This document shows, piece by piece, positions 45,919 to 55,246 of a stretch of DNA of 64,000 nt. The notes beneath the pieces were generated by a model. That model did no database searches and was not told the DNA's origin. It saw only the letters and a program-made list of their open reading frames with translations. Source of the stretch: a phage; the sequence record PZ445454.1; one strand, 5' to 3'. The position numbers and the translations under genes were made by a program. Every line of letters starts with the position of its first letter. The first letter of the stretch is position 1.

Positions 45919-46160
45919 TGACTTATGTAATTTACTCCAAAACTGGATGCCCTCAATGTGAGACTGCAAAGAATTTTGCAAAAGCTCGTGGTATTGAACA
46001 TGTTGTGAGAATGTTAGGGCAGGATTATGAGCTATCAGACCTGATGGATATTGCACAGATGCCAGTTCGTCAGATGCCATTCATCATGAAAACTGATGGG
46101 CAAAACCTAAAGCCTGTTGGAACGCTACAGAATTTTATGGCAGAGGTGAATAATGCTTAA
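45918..46160 (+). CDS. nrdH: glutaredoxin-like protein NrdH
   Basis: 80 aa; redox motif CPQC near N-terminus; coupled to nrdB. Confidence 0.65.
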   Translation: MTYVIYSKTGCPQCETAKNFAKARGIEHVVRMLGQDYELSDLMDIAQMPVRQMPFIMKTDGQNLKPVGTLQNFMAEVNNA

Positions 46161-46359
46161 ACGCCTTTGGGAAGGTTTGGTTGTTGATGCACCAGCTATT
46201 GTGATTGGTATGCTTATTGTTAACCTATTTACTGACTTTGAACAAGGTTCATTGTTTGGAGCTATGTTACTATGGGTTATCTTCGAAATATTAGAGATAC
46301 AGTTAGGTATCACTGAAAAACTAAGAGAACTCTTTGCGAAGTTTTCTAAAAAGATTTAA
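46153..46359 (+). CDS. small membrane protein
   Basis: 68 aa; hydrophobic segments AIVIGMLIVNLF and GAMLLWVIFEIL. Confidence 0.4.
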   Translation: MLKRLWEGLVVDAPAIVIGMLIVNLFTDFEQGSLFGAMLLWVIFEILEIQLGITEKLRELFAKFSKKI

Positions 46360-46366
46360 AATGAAA

Positions 46367-46388
46367 GGGTCTCTTCGGAGACCTTTTT
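46367..46388 (+). terminator. rho-independent terminator (UUCG tetraloop)
   Basis: gggtctc-ttcg-gagacc then TTTTT. Confidence 0.65.
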
Positions 46389-46407
46389 AGCATGTAAAGG
46401 GGCAATA

Positions 46408-47604
46408 ATGAACAAAGTACAGATTATTAAAAAGAATGGCTCACTCGAAGAACCTGATATCAAAAAAGTTTTAGCAGCAGTCACAAAGTCAGCTAATAGG
46501 GTTGGGTATAGAGAACTCCCACCAGATGTTACCCAAGCTCTTGAGTCAGCATTTATGAGGATTCTGGTAAAATCCACTAAGCAGAATAACTTGCTCATCT
46601 CGGTAAATGATATCCACAGTATCGTTGAAGGTGCTTTGGCAGAAGTCAATCACGAGATTTATGAGTCTTACTCAACATACAGAAATTACCGTAAAGAGGT
46701 TGCTCAAAATTGGGATGAACTCTACCAGAAGACTAAAGATACACTCTTCTTAGGTGACCGTGAAAATGCTAACTTTGACAGTAGTTTAATTTCTACGAAA
46801 GGTTCAATTATCCGTGGTTACCTGACTAAAGAAATCTTTAAACAGTATCATCTAACACCAGAGGAACTTGAAGCCATTGAGAAAGGCTTTATCTATATCC
46901 ACGATTTGAGAGACCTGATTTTTGGTGGTATTAACTGTTGCCTGTTTGACATTGGTAAAGTCCTGAAAGGTGGCTTTGAAATGTCTGGCATCGAATATTG
47001 TGAACCAAAGTCTGTGCTGTCGGCCTTACAGGTTATTGGTGACGTAGTTCTTTCAGCAACTGCACAGCAATTTGGTGGCTTTACTTTAGCAGAGATTGAT
47101 AAGGTACTTGTGCCGTATGCTAAGAAGTCTCTACGCTACCATGCTGAGAAAGCAGCATCTTATGGTATTCCTAAAGAACATTACCATAATTATGTCATGG
47201 AGCAGCTACAGCTTGAATTGACTCAAGGTTTTCAATCACTTGAAATGAAACTAAACACTGTACCTTGTAGCCGTGGGGATTTTGCATTCACAACTTTGAC
47301 ATTTGGTTTACTTGACTCAGATATGTCTAATGAAGACAACCGGCTACAATACATGATTGCAAGTACTCTCCTAGATGTTCGTATGAATGGACAAGGTAAG
47401 AGCAAGAAGCCTGTTGTATTCCCTAAACTGGTTTATATCTATGACCAGAAGAGACATGATGAAAATATCTGTCAAGGTCACCTGTACAGTAAAGCCATTG
47501 AGTGCTGCTCTAAAGCAATGTATCCAGATTTCTTAAGTGTATCTGGTCATGGTGCTGTAGCAGAGGCTTTTGAGCGTTCTGGTAAGGTTATTTCACCGAT
47601 GGGT
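46408..47604 (+). CDS. nrdD: anaerobic ribonucleoside-triphosphate reductase, exon 1
   Basis: N-terminal ATP-cone; ORF ends ...VISPMG then stop; joins in frame to exon 2 giving SPMG-CRAFL. Confidence 0.65.
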
Positions 47605-48346
47605 TAACAGGCTCTATAGCTCATCTAAAACGTGCCTAAACAGGGAAACTCTACAGATGTAGACAATCCTGTGCTAAATGATGTAAGATGTAAGAAACTA
47701 TATAACATAGGAGTATTACATGCCAAATTATCATGTTACTGAAGACGGAAGAGTCTTTAGAGAAAATGGTGTAGAGCTTACACAGTGGAAATCCAACACT
47801 GGGTATATGAAAGTAAAGTTTTACGGTAAGAAGAATCGTGACATGTATGTCCATAGGTTAGTTGCTGAGAAATATGTACCTAACCCAAACAATCTTCCAA
47901 TTGTAAAACACAAAGATGATAACAAACTGAACAACCATGCTTCTAACTTAGAATGGGGAACTCATTCTGAGAATGTTAAAGAAGGTTATGAGAACGGTTG
48001 CTACAAGTTTTGTAAGCGTTCATATGCTGTGAAGGCTACACACAAAGTGACAAAAGAAGTTATTGCTGCCAAGTCAATACGAGAGTTATCCAATATACTC
48101 GGATATAATCGCAAGACTATCTCTTCAATATTGAAGGGTGTAAAAGAGCATAATAACTTTGAACATGAATTTGAATACATCTAAATGCCGAACGACTAAC
48201 CGTGATGAATGTAGCGGTGTAGGGTCAAGCGACTCGAAATGGTACGCTACTTAGAAATAAGTAGAAGATATAGTCTGGACTTACTGGTGACAGTAAGCAG
48301 CTTGGATAAAGCGGGGTAAGCGTAGCGAACTTGCCTGAACAACAAG
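47605..48346 (+). mobile_element. group I intron (candidate) interrupting nrdD, carrying HNH endonuclease ORF
   Basis: 5' exon ends in T; 3' part has short helices with GNRA-like loops (ctactt-agaaat-aagtag; ttactg-gtga-cagtaa), P7-like gact/agtc elements and terminal G before exon 2; boundaries approximate. Confidence 0.6.
47720..48184 (+). CDS. HNH homing endonuclease (intron-encoded)
   Basis: NUMOD4-like YHVTEDGRVF; HNH region HRLVAEKYVPNPNNLPIVKHKDDNKLNNHASNLEWGTHSEN; C-terminal HTH-like SIRELSNILGYNRKTISSILKG; RBS AGGAG. Confidence 0.65.
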   Translation: MPNYHVTEDGRVFRENGVELTQWKSNTGYMKVKFYGKKNRDMYVHRLVAEKYVPNPNNLPIVKHKDDNKLNNHASNLEWGTHSENVKEGYENGCYKFCKRSYAVKATHKVTKEVIAAKSIRELSNILGYNRKTISSILKGVKEHNNFEHEFEYI

Positions 48347-49294
48347 TGTAGAGCATTTTTATCACCATACCATAACGAAGATGGTGAAGAGTTTTATGTA
48401 GGTCGTGCTAACATTGGTGCTGTGTCTTTGAACTTACCAATGATTTACCAGTATTCTAAAGAGAATGGTTTAGATTTCTGGAAAGAGCTTGATAAGTACC
48501 TAGAGATGATTCGTAGTTTCCACAAGAAACGCTATGAAATGATTGCCAATATGCCAGCAAGTTCTAACCCTCTTGCATTTACACAAGGTGGTCTGTACAA
48601 AGGAACTAAGAAGCCTACTGACAGGGTTGGTTGGGATATTGTGAAGTCCTTCACAGCTTCTTTTGGGGTTACTGCGCTTGATGAGCTATCTGTTCTTGCT
48701 GAAGGTAAACGACTTCATGAAGTTGGAAGTTATAGTTTTGCATATGATGTTCTGGCATACATCAACATGAAAACTGAAGAGTTTAAAAATGAAGATGGCT
48801 TCTTATATGCCGTCTATGGTACTCCAGCAGAATCACTTTGTGGAACTCAGCTAAAACAGTTCAGAGAAATGTTTGGTGTTATCAAAGGTGTTTCTGATAA
48901 GGAATATTTTACAAACAGTTTCCATATGAATGTTGCAGCAGACATCTCACCATTTGAGAAGCAGGACTTAGAAGAACCATTCTTCCATATCTGTAGAGGT
49001 GGCAGAATCCAGTATGTAAGGGTAGCTAACCCAGAAAACTTAACAGCACTTAAAAGTTGTATTACAAGAGGGATGTTGAAAGGTTTTTATCAGGGACTTA
49101 ACTTTGACTTAGCAATCTGTGAACATTGTGGTAACAGACCAAAGGCTGATGTCGAAGAATGTGAGGTTTGCCATTCACATGATATCTCTGTGATTAACAG
49201 GGTGTGCGGATATCTGGGATGGACTAAGATTAAAGGTGAATCCCGAATGAATGATGCAAAAATCGCTGAGATTCGTGACAGGATTTCTATGTAA
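48347..49294 (+). CDS. nrdD: anaerobic ribonucleoside-triphosphate reductase, exon 2
   Basis: glycyl-radical motif RVCGYLG near C-terminus; zinc-ribbon cysteines CEHCG...CEVCHS; frame open from about 48347. Confidence 0.65.
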   Translation, partial: CRAFLSPYHNEDGEEFYVGRANIGAVSLNLPMIYQYSKENGLDFWKELDKYLEMIRSFHKKRYEMIANMPASSNPLAFTQGGLYKGTKKPTDRVGWDIVKSFTASFGVTALDELSVLAEGKRLHEVGSYSFAYDVLAYINMKTEEFKNEDGFLYAVYGTPAESLCGTQLKQFREMFGVIKGVSDKEYFTNSFHMNVAADISPFEKQDLEEPFFHICRGGRIQYVRVANPENLTALKSCITRGMLKGFYQGLNFDLAICEHCGNRPKADVEECEVCHSHDISVINRVCGYLGWTKIKGESRMNDAKIAEIRDRISM

Positions 49295-49448
49295 AACTTG
49301 ACAAGATGGTGTGGGTCTTGATAGGCTTACATCACCTTTTTTATTGGATGTTAGATATGGCAGAGAGTATTATTGGGTTGTTCATAGGTTCTGTCTTACT
49401 AGGGTTCTTTTTAGGACTCTCTTATTGTGAATTGAGAGATAAGTTAAA

Positions 49449-49649
49449 ATGTTTAAGATATCAAAAACGATGATATACATACTCCACATTCTAATCTTCT
49501 TCTTTGGGGTTAGTGTTATGGTATGGGGTTTTTCAGACCCACAATGGAGTTTCTCATATCATGGTCAGATGGATTTATGGTCATGCTTCAAACCATTTTT
49601 AGGGTTAGCTATAGCATTCAGTGCATTACCAACTAAGGTGAAATTATGA
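49449..49649 (+). CDS. small membrane protein (2 predicted TM)
   Basis: 66 aa; MIYILHILIFFFGVSVMVWGF and FLGLAIAFSAL. Confidence 0.4.
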   Translation: MFKISKTMIYILHILIFFFGVSVMVWGFSDPQWSFSYHGQMDLWSCFKPFLGLAIAFSALPTKVKL

Positions 49650-50041
49650 TTAAGTTAAACCAAAAACAGTTAGAGTGGCTTAAAGATTACGCCTCAGAGT
49701 GTGGCTCTTGCGAAAAGAATCACGTAAAATACTCAACATTCCATACGACCTTCATATTGTATATCAGCGACAACGTTCTAAGCGATTCCGTAGAAGATGG
49801 TGTAGTATTGCCTAATGAGTTACTTGATAAATTAGCTGTAGTCACTGGAACTTGGTCTGAAGAAGATGGTCATGAATTATCTGATGATGTTGTCTTCTAC
49901 ACCCTTGAAAACATCATGAATCCAGAGTACATTATACTAATGACTTGCGCGCAAGATTGTGTTCCATTACAAGACTTTATTAAAGAACACTGTGAAGAGT
50001 TTATTACTAAACAGGTTCCTTGTGAGGTGGTGTTTGAATGA
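49646..50041 (+). CDS. hypothetical Cys-containing protein
   Basis: 131-aa ORF. Confidence 0.4.
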   Translation: MIKLNQKQLEWLKDYASECGSCEKNHVKYSTFHTTFILYISDNVLSDSVEDGVVLPNELLDKLAVVTGTWSEEDGHELSDDVVFYTLENIMNPEYIILMTCAQDCVPLQDFIKEHCEEFITKQVPCEVVFE

Positions 50042-50337
50042 GTAAAACAATTCGAAGAAAAGGTTTAAAGAACGTTCATGGACTCTATGAGTGGAGAAAT
50101 GAGGTACGTAACAGAGAAAATGCTTCAGAGGTCTACTACCACTCTGATATGATGTCCAGAAAAGGTGGCTCTTACGACTTTACAAGTCAGCCTTGCAGAG
50201 AGATTAAGAAGGCTACTAAACGTCTTACAAGAACACAAATAAGGCAGCTTTCTAAGACATCCTTCTTAGATGAAGACTTTGACATTGATAGCAAGTCTCC
50301 AAAGAAAGCCGCTAACAGCACTTATATGTATTGGTGA
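50038..50337 (+). CDS. hypothetical basic protein
   Basis: 99-aa ORF. Confidence 0.4.
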   Translation: MSKTIRRKGLKNVHGLYEWRNEVRNRENASEVYYHSDMMSRKGGSYDFTSQPCREIKKATKRLTRTQIRQLSKTSFLDEDFDIDSKSPKKAANSTYMYW

Positions 50338-50346
50338 GGTAACTAG

Positions 50347-50832
50347 ATGAATTACATGGAGATTCGACCATTTGACACAGCTAATGGTGAAGGGGTTCGT
50401 GTAAGCCTCTTCGTAGCTGGCTGTAAACATCACTGTGAAGGATGCTTTAACAGGGAGTCTTGGAAGTTTAATGCTGGTAAAGAGTTTACCTATGCAAACC
50501 TCTACGGCATCATTAAGTTAATGGATGATAATGCTATCAGTGGGTTGTCAATACTTGGTGGGGAGCCTCTGGATGACAGAAACATTCAAGAGGTCACCAA
50601 CATATGCAAGCGTATTAAAACTGTTTATCCAGAAAAGTCTATATGGCTTTGGACAGGTTTTCAACTGCACGAAAAAATCCACTTAGATGTGATGAAATAT
50701 GTTGACGTGGTGATTGATGGTAAGTATGATTCATCTAAACCAACAGTTAAACCATATCGTGGTTCTGATAACCAAAACCTCTGGAGAAAAGAGTATGGAT
50801 GGCAAGGCGATTGTCAGTGGAGAGCAGAGTGA
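50347..50832 (+). CDS. nrdG: anaerobic ribonucleotide reductase activating protein (radical SAM)
   Basis: CKHHCEGCFN radical-SAM-type cysteine cluster; about 160 aa. Confidence 0.65.
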   Translation: MNYMEIRPFDTANGEGVRVSLFVAGCKHHCEGCFNRESWKFNAGKEFTYANLYGIIKLMDDNAISGLSILGGEPLDDRNIQEVTNICKRIKTVYPEKSIWLWTGFQLHEKIHLDVMKYVDVVIDGKYDSSKPTVKPYRGSDNQNLWRKEYGWQGDCQWRAE

Positions 50833-51070
50833 TTATTCTGGCAAGTGGACTTATGACATCAACAAGTTAGATGCTTGGATGATTTATACGAGAGAAAAAT
50901 TTGGTGCACATTCATTATGTGCTCTTGCAACGATTGTAAAGAATGTCACCTTTGTCATAAACGAGTCAGATAAATTTGGAAACTTCTACAGGATTCAAAA
51001 CATTAGAGAAGGTATAACTCCAATCGGTATCACTGAAGAAGAACTTCATAAGTTCTGTATCAAACTTTAA
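50794..51070 (+). CDS. hypothetical protein (start uncertain; overlaps nrdG 3' end)
   Basis: track ORF 50714..51070; internal ATG at 50794. Confidence 0.35.
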
Positions 51071-51073
51071 TGA

Positions 51074-51352
51074 GTGAGACTAAAAATGGGAATTTTAGGT
51101 AATATGAAAGCTGGATTCTTGAAGGCACTGGCAAAAGCAGCAGCAATCATTTCTATGACTGGAAAGCAGGTTGGTGTGGATGCTTCAGCAATTGCACAGG
51201 TTCTTGCAAGCCAAATTGAACAGCAGCCTTACATCCACGTTGGACGTGGTAAAGGTGGTAAAAAACAAGCACATCGACCAACTGGTGCAGCAGCTATTAA
51301 ACGAGCAGCTAAGAAAGCTCGTAACCGTAAACGTAATAAGAAGGCTAAATAA
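51074..51352 (+). CDS. small protein with amphipathic N-terminus and highly basic C-terminal tail
   Basis: C-terminus KRAAKKARNRKRNKKAK. Confidence 0.4.
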   Translation: MRLKMGILGNMKAGFLKALAKAAAIISMTGKQVGVDASAIAQVLASQIEQQPYIHVGRGKGGKKQAHRPTGAAAIKRAAKKARNRKRNKKAK

Positions 51353-51354
51353 TC

Positions 51355-51675
51355 ATGAGCAAAGTTTATAACACTCGCAAATTACAGATTTTCGTACTGT
51401 GCCAGTTTATGGCTAAAGAATATAACTTCTACTATTGTGGTACAGGTTTTATTAGTGATGATGATGGCTCATACCTCCCATTCAAAGAAGCTGTAAAACT
51501 CTTTAATGAAGAGAAAAGCTCTAAGAAAGATATTGAAAAGGTTAAGCTAACCTACAGCAAGAAAGATAAGAAGATTATCTGCCTAGATAACTTTGTAAAA
51601 GTTACTGGAGAAGCAAAAGAGTTTATGGATGAGAGTGAGATTTCATTCACAAGCATCTTGAAAGTAGCTCAGTAA
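51355..51675 (+). CDS. hypothetical protein
   Basis: 106-aa ORF followed by terminator. Confidence 0.4.
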   Translation: MSKVYNTRKLQIFVLCQFMAKEYNFYYCGTGFISDDDGSYLPFKEAVKLFNEEKSSKKDIEKVKLTYSKKDKKIICLDNFVKVTGEAKEFMDESEISFTSILKVAQ

Positions 51676-51687
51676 ACAGATACTATA

Positions 51688-51716
51688 AGGGGACTGTAAA
51701 GGTTCCCTTTTATTTT
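51688..51716 (+). terminator. rho-independent terminator (weaker)
   Basis: gggac..gttccc stem with G-U pair then TTTTATTTT. Confidence 0.4.
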
Positions 51717-51725
51717 GGAGATGAT

Positions 51726-52241
51726 ATGTATCTGTCAAACCTAAAACGTTCTGCTGCAATGTCAGTGCTAAGACTCAGCTTTGAGGAACGTCAAGAGTTC
51801 ATTGACTCCCACCAATACGACCCTTCTAACTCCAATCACATGATTCTCTGGAATCGTGGCAGTACTCGTGAAAGAGCACTATTCCGTTACTACCCGCATT
51901 ACACCATAGATAACCTGTATGAGTGTTTTGTTGTGAAGAACACCATTACAGTACTCAATAAACTTTGCAGATACACAGGTAGTCAATCCTTCACATTAGG
52001 CCACCACAAACCTGTTACAAAGGGTGGTGAGCATCACTGTGCAAACTGGTTTATCCAGACTAAACTTGATAACCAGAAGCAAGGGGATAACCTTCTAAGC
52101 ACACCTAAGATGACCTATGAAGAGCAAGAGAAATATATCAAAAATAATATGCCAGGTGTGCTTGACAACAACTATACAGATTTGGCAATATCTCTCCTGT
52201 TGAAGTTCGAGACAGTTTATAGGGCAACTTACAATGGCTAA
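51726..52241 (+). CDS. HNH-like nuclease (candidate)
   Basis: LGHHKPVTKGGEHHCANWFIQTKLDNQKQGDN fits an HNH-type core. Confidence 0.35.
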   Translation: MYLSNLKRSAAMSVLRLSFEERQEFIDSHQYDPSNSNHMILWNRGSTRERALFRYYPHYTIDNLYECFVVKNTITVLNKLCRYTGSQSFTLGHHKPVTKGGEHHCANWFIQTKLDNQKQGDNLLSTPKMTYEEQEKYIKNNMPGVLDNNYTDLAISLLLKFETVYRATYNG

Positions 52242-52512
52242 AGAGAAGTGGGAGATTTTACCATTAGTCAGTGAAGGTGGTAATGGTTGTGAAATGTACA
52301 TGATACGTGGTCATGTTCCAGAACCAATTGCGCTTGAGATGGTAAACAACTTTACAGATGGCTCTTACAAAGACTTAGGGGAGCCAACTATAAAGCAGCA
52401 ATGGGTAAAGCCTGTACCAGACAGCACAGGTAACTGTAGTGTACTTTATCACGTTGTAGACCCTGCAAAATGCAAATCTGCAATGGCAGTAACAAACGTA
52501 ACTTTTGATTGA
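52234..52512 (+). CDS. hypothetical protein
   Basis: 92-aa ORF. Confidence 0.4.
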   Translation: MAKEKWEILPLVSEGGNGCEMYMIRGHVPEPIALEMVNNFTDGSYKDLGEPTIKQQWVKPVPDSTGNCSVLYHVVDPAKCKSAMAVTNVTFD

Positions 52513-52523
52513 GAGATAAAACT

Positions 52524-53405
52524 ATGAAAACTGTTATTGAAGCCGTCGTCACCGCACAAGAGAAATTCTTCCACACAGAAAAATTCAATATCATTCAATT
52601 CCCATCTGGAGAAATTGGTGGAAACTTCTCTGAAGATTTTGTTAAGTTTACTGAGCGTAATGCTGGTAAGATTGATAATGTTATAATTACTGTACAGGGA
52701 TATGACAAAGATACACTGTTTGCATTAGCTTTGGCTAAGGATGCCGTTGACAGTCTTGTTCCCCAGAAATCAGCGATGAAAACCATTGTTTTCGGGTTCT
52801 TACCAAATGCTCGATATGACCGCCACATGTTCAAAGGTGATGCAGCAGCACTGAAAGTCTTTGCCAACCTAGTTAATGCAATGGGTTTTGATGCAGTATG
52901 TGCTCTTGACCCTCACAGTAATGTTGCAGAAAACTTATTTAAGTGCTTTCAAAGCATGAAGCAAAAAGATGTGGCAGTACACTTTGCAAGTGACCCACGC
53001 ATTGATTTCTTGGTAGCCCCAGATGCAGGTGCAGCTAAGAAGACTGAAGACACCGCTAAAGAGGTGGATAAACCGTATATCACAATGTCTAAGGTGCGCA
53101 ATCTTAAGACTGGAGAAATTACTGGTATGCGAATCCTTGATGATGTTGATTTGACAGATAAAACTGTCATGATTCTGGATGATATTTGTGATGGAGGCCG
53201 AACCTTCGTAGAGGCAGCGAAACACCTACGCGAAGCAGGTGCAAAACGTGTGGAACTCTATGTAACACATGGAATTTTCTCTAAAGGTGTTGAAAACTTG
53301 CTTGACAACGGAATCGACCATATCTACACTACAAACACTTTAGGTGAAGCTAAAGACCGTGGCTTAACACATTACGGTCAAGTGACTGTAGCAACCATTG
53401 ACTGA
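52524..53405 (+). CDS. ribose-phosphate pyrophosphokinase-like protein (Prs family; possible ADP-ribose pyrophosphokinase of an NAD+ reconstitution pathway)
   Basis: type I PRTase fold signature VMILDDICDGGRTFVEAA; start at ATG with RBS GAGAG (track ORF starts 52509 at TTG); adjacent to NadV-like gene. Confidence 0.6.
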   Translation: MKTVIEAVVTAQEKFFHTEKFNIIQFPSGEIGGNFSEDFVKFTERNAGKIDNVIITVQGYDKDTLFALALAKDAVDSLVPQKSAMKTIVFGFLPNARYDRHMFKGDAAALKVFANLVNAMGFDAVCALDPHSNVAENLFKCFQSMKQKDVAVHFASDPRIDFLVAPDAGAAKKTEDTAKEVDKPYITMSKVRNLKTGEITGMRILDDVDLTDKTVMILDDICDGGRTFVEAAKHLREAGAKRVELYVTHGIFSKGVENLLDNGIDHIYTTNTLGEAKDRGLTHYGQVTVATID

Positions 53406-53415
53406 GATTTTATAG

Positions 53416-53435
53416 GGGCTTGAAAGCCCCATTTT
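53416..53435 (+). terminator. rho-independent terminator
   Basis: ggggctt-g-aagcccc then ATTTT. Confidence 0.55.
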
Positions 53436-53450
53436 GAGAGAGACTAAAAG

Positions 53451-55232
53451 ATGACTAAATCACTTTACGCAGTACCAGCAGGTTTAAATGCAGATGCTTA
53501 CAAATCTGGTCATGTTTACCAGTACCCTAGTGCAACAGAATACTTGATGTTCAACCTGACACCACGTAGTGATAAATGGTTTAACAGCCCCTTAGCAATT
53601 GATGGTGTAGTGGCTTTTGGTATTCAGCGTTTTGTTAAAGATTACTTGATAGACCACTGGAACGCAACTTTCTTTGAGCGTGATAAAAAAGAAGCAATTG
53701 ACGAAATCTTAGAAGTCATGAATGGTGTTCTGGGTAAAGATGCTATCGGTCGAGAGCATTGGGAAGCACTTCACGACTTAGGCTATCTACCAGTTGAAGT
53801 ATATGCTGTAGAAGAAGGTACAGTTGTCCCTATGCGTGTCCCAATGATTGTCTTCCAGAACACTGTTTCAGGCTTCCATTGGGTAGCAGGTTATCTGGAA
53901 GATGCTTTCTCTGCTGAGATTTGGAAGGCTTGTACCATTGCAACTATTGCATTGCACTACAAACGCATCTGTAAGAAGTGGGCTGACCTTACTTGCGACA
54001 ATGACTTACATTTACCTTATCAGTGCCATGACTTTGCTATGCGTGGTATGTCCGGCTTTACTGATGACGCATTTAACGCTGTAGGCCACTTAACCAGCTT
54101 TAAAGGAACTGATAGCTTCCCTGCTGTGTATACGGCTAAACGAATATATGGACAGTCTTACCCAATCTCTGATATTGGTAGTTCTGTACCAGCCACTGAG
54201 CACTCTGTAATGTGTGCAAACATTGCTTGGGAAGGTGGTAATGAGTTGATTGAAGAAGAAAGACGCTTTAAAGGTGAGTTGCAAACCTTCCGTCGTTTCT
54301 TAACAGAAACTTACCCAACTGGTATTGCAAGTATTGTTTCAGATACTTATAACTTCTGGAGAACCGTGTCAGAAATCTTGCCAGCACTTCGTAAAGAAAT
54401 TATGGAACGTGATGGTAAGCTGGTAATTCGCCCTGACTCTGGAGACCCTGTACATATTGTCACAGGTTATAAAGCAATCCACTTAGAGTGTGCTAAGAAG
54501 GCTTATTACGAGCATCTAAGCAAGCTGGAAGCTAGTGACACAATGTTGGATGCTGTTCTGAACATGAAGCTTGAAAACATCAGCTATGGTATTGCTGGAT
54601 GGCTACTATCAGAAGGCTACGAAATGGTTGTTGACAGAGAAGACTTTGAAGTTGCTGATACAGTGATGTTGAAAAATGCTTATATGGTTGGTTCTGCAAA
54701 CGTTGTAACACGTCCTGTAGCTGAGATTGATGGAGCTATTAAGACACTGTACAACATCTTTGGAGGAACTACTAACTCTAAAGGGTTTAAGGTGCTGGAT
54801 GAGCATATCGGCCTTATCTATGGTGACTCTATCACGCTGGAACGTGCAAACGAAATCCTGAAGCGTCTGTATGAAATGGGTTTTGCAAGCTCTAACGTAG
54901 TGTTTGGTGTAGGCTCTTACACTTACCAGTACATGACTCGTGATACCTTTGCATTTGCTGTCAAAGCAACCCTTGCAAGCATTGGTGGTAAAGAGATTAT
55001 GCTTGCAAAAGACCCTAAAACAGATAGTGGTGTTAAGAAGTCTGCCTTTGGTGGTGTATCACCTATGTGGGATGGTGATAAGCTGAAAGCTGTAGATGGC
55101 TATGGATTCCAGAGTTTTGCAGATGTACTTGACCACCCAGCTTGTGCTTTACGTTTAGTCTTTAGTGACTCTGAGCAGTTCGGTTACACAACTCTTGGTG
55201 ATATTCGAAACAATATTGACAAGCAGCTTTAA
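53451..55232 (+). CDS. nadV: nicotinamide phosphoribosyltransferase-like protein (NadV/Nampt family)
   Basis: 593 aa; N-terminal LYAVPAGLNADAYKSGHVYQYP typical of Nampt/NadV; RBS AGAGAG. Confidence 0.65.
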   Translation: MTKSLYAVPAGLNADAYKSGHVYQYPSATEYLMFNLTPRSDKWFNSPLAIDGVVAFGIQRFVKDYLIDHWNATFFERDKKEAIDEILEVMNGVLGKDAIGREHWEALHDLGYLPVEVYAVEEGTVVPMRVPMIVFQNTVSGFHWVAGYLEDAFSAEIWKACTIATIALHYKRICKKWADLTCDNDLHLPYQCHDFAMRGMSGFTDDAFNAVGHLTSFKGTDSFPAVYTAKRIYGQSYPISDIGSSVPATEHSVMCANIAWEGGNELIEEERRFKGELQTFRRFLTETYPTGIASIVSDTYNFWRTVSEILPALRKEIMERDGKLVIRPDSGDPVHIVTGYKAIHLECAKKAYYEHLSKLEASDTMLDAVLNMKLENISYGIAGWLLSEGYEMVVDREDFEVADTVMLKNAYMVGSANVVTRPVAEIDGAIKTLYNIFGGTTNSKGFKVLDEHIGLIYGDSITLERANEILKRLYEMGFASSNVVFGVGSYTYQYMTRDTFAFAVKATLASIGGKEIMLAKDPKTDSGVKKSAFGGVSPMWDGDKLKAVDGYGFQSFADVLDHPACALRLVFSDSEQFGYTTLGDIRNNIDKQL

Positions 55233-55246
55233 AAGTATATGATAAG

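Noticed and set aside
47605-47607. Stop codon after ...SPMG interpreted as an nrdD pseudogene or truncation
   Set aside because: The downstream frame restores a continuous NrdD sequence including the glycyl-radical motif RVCGY, and the intervening DNA has intron features and a homing endonuclease ORF; an intron is the more parsimonious explanation.
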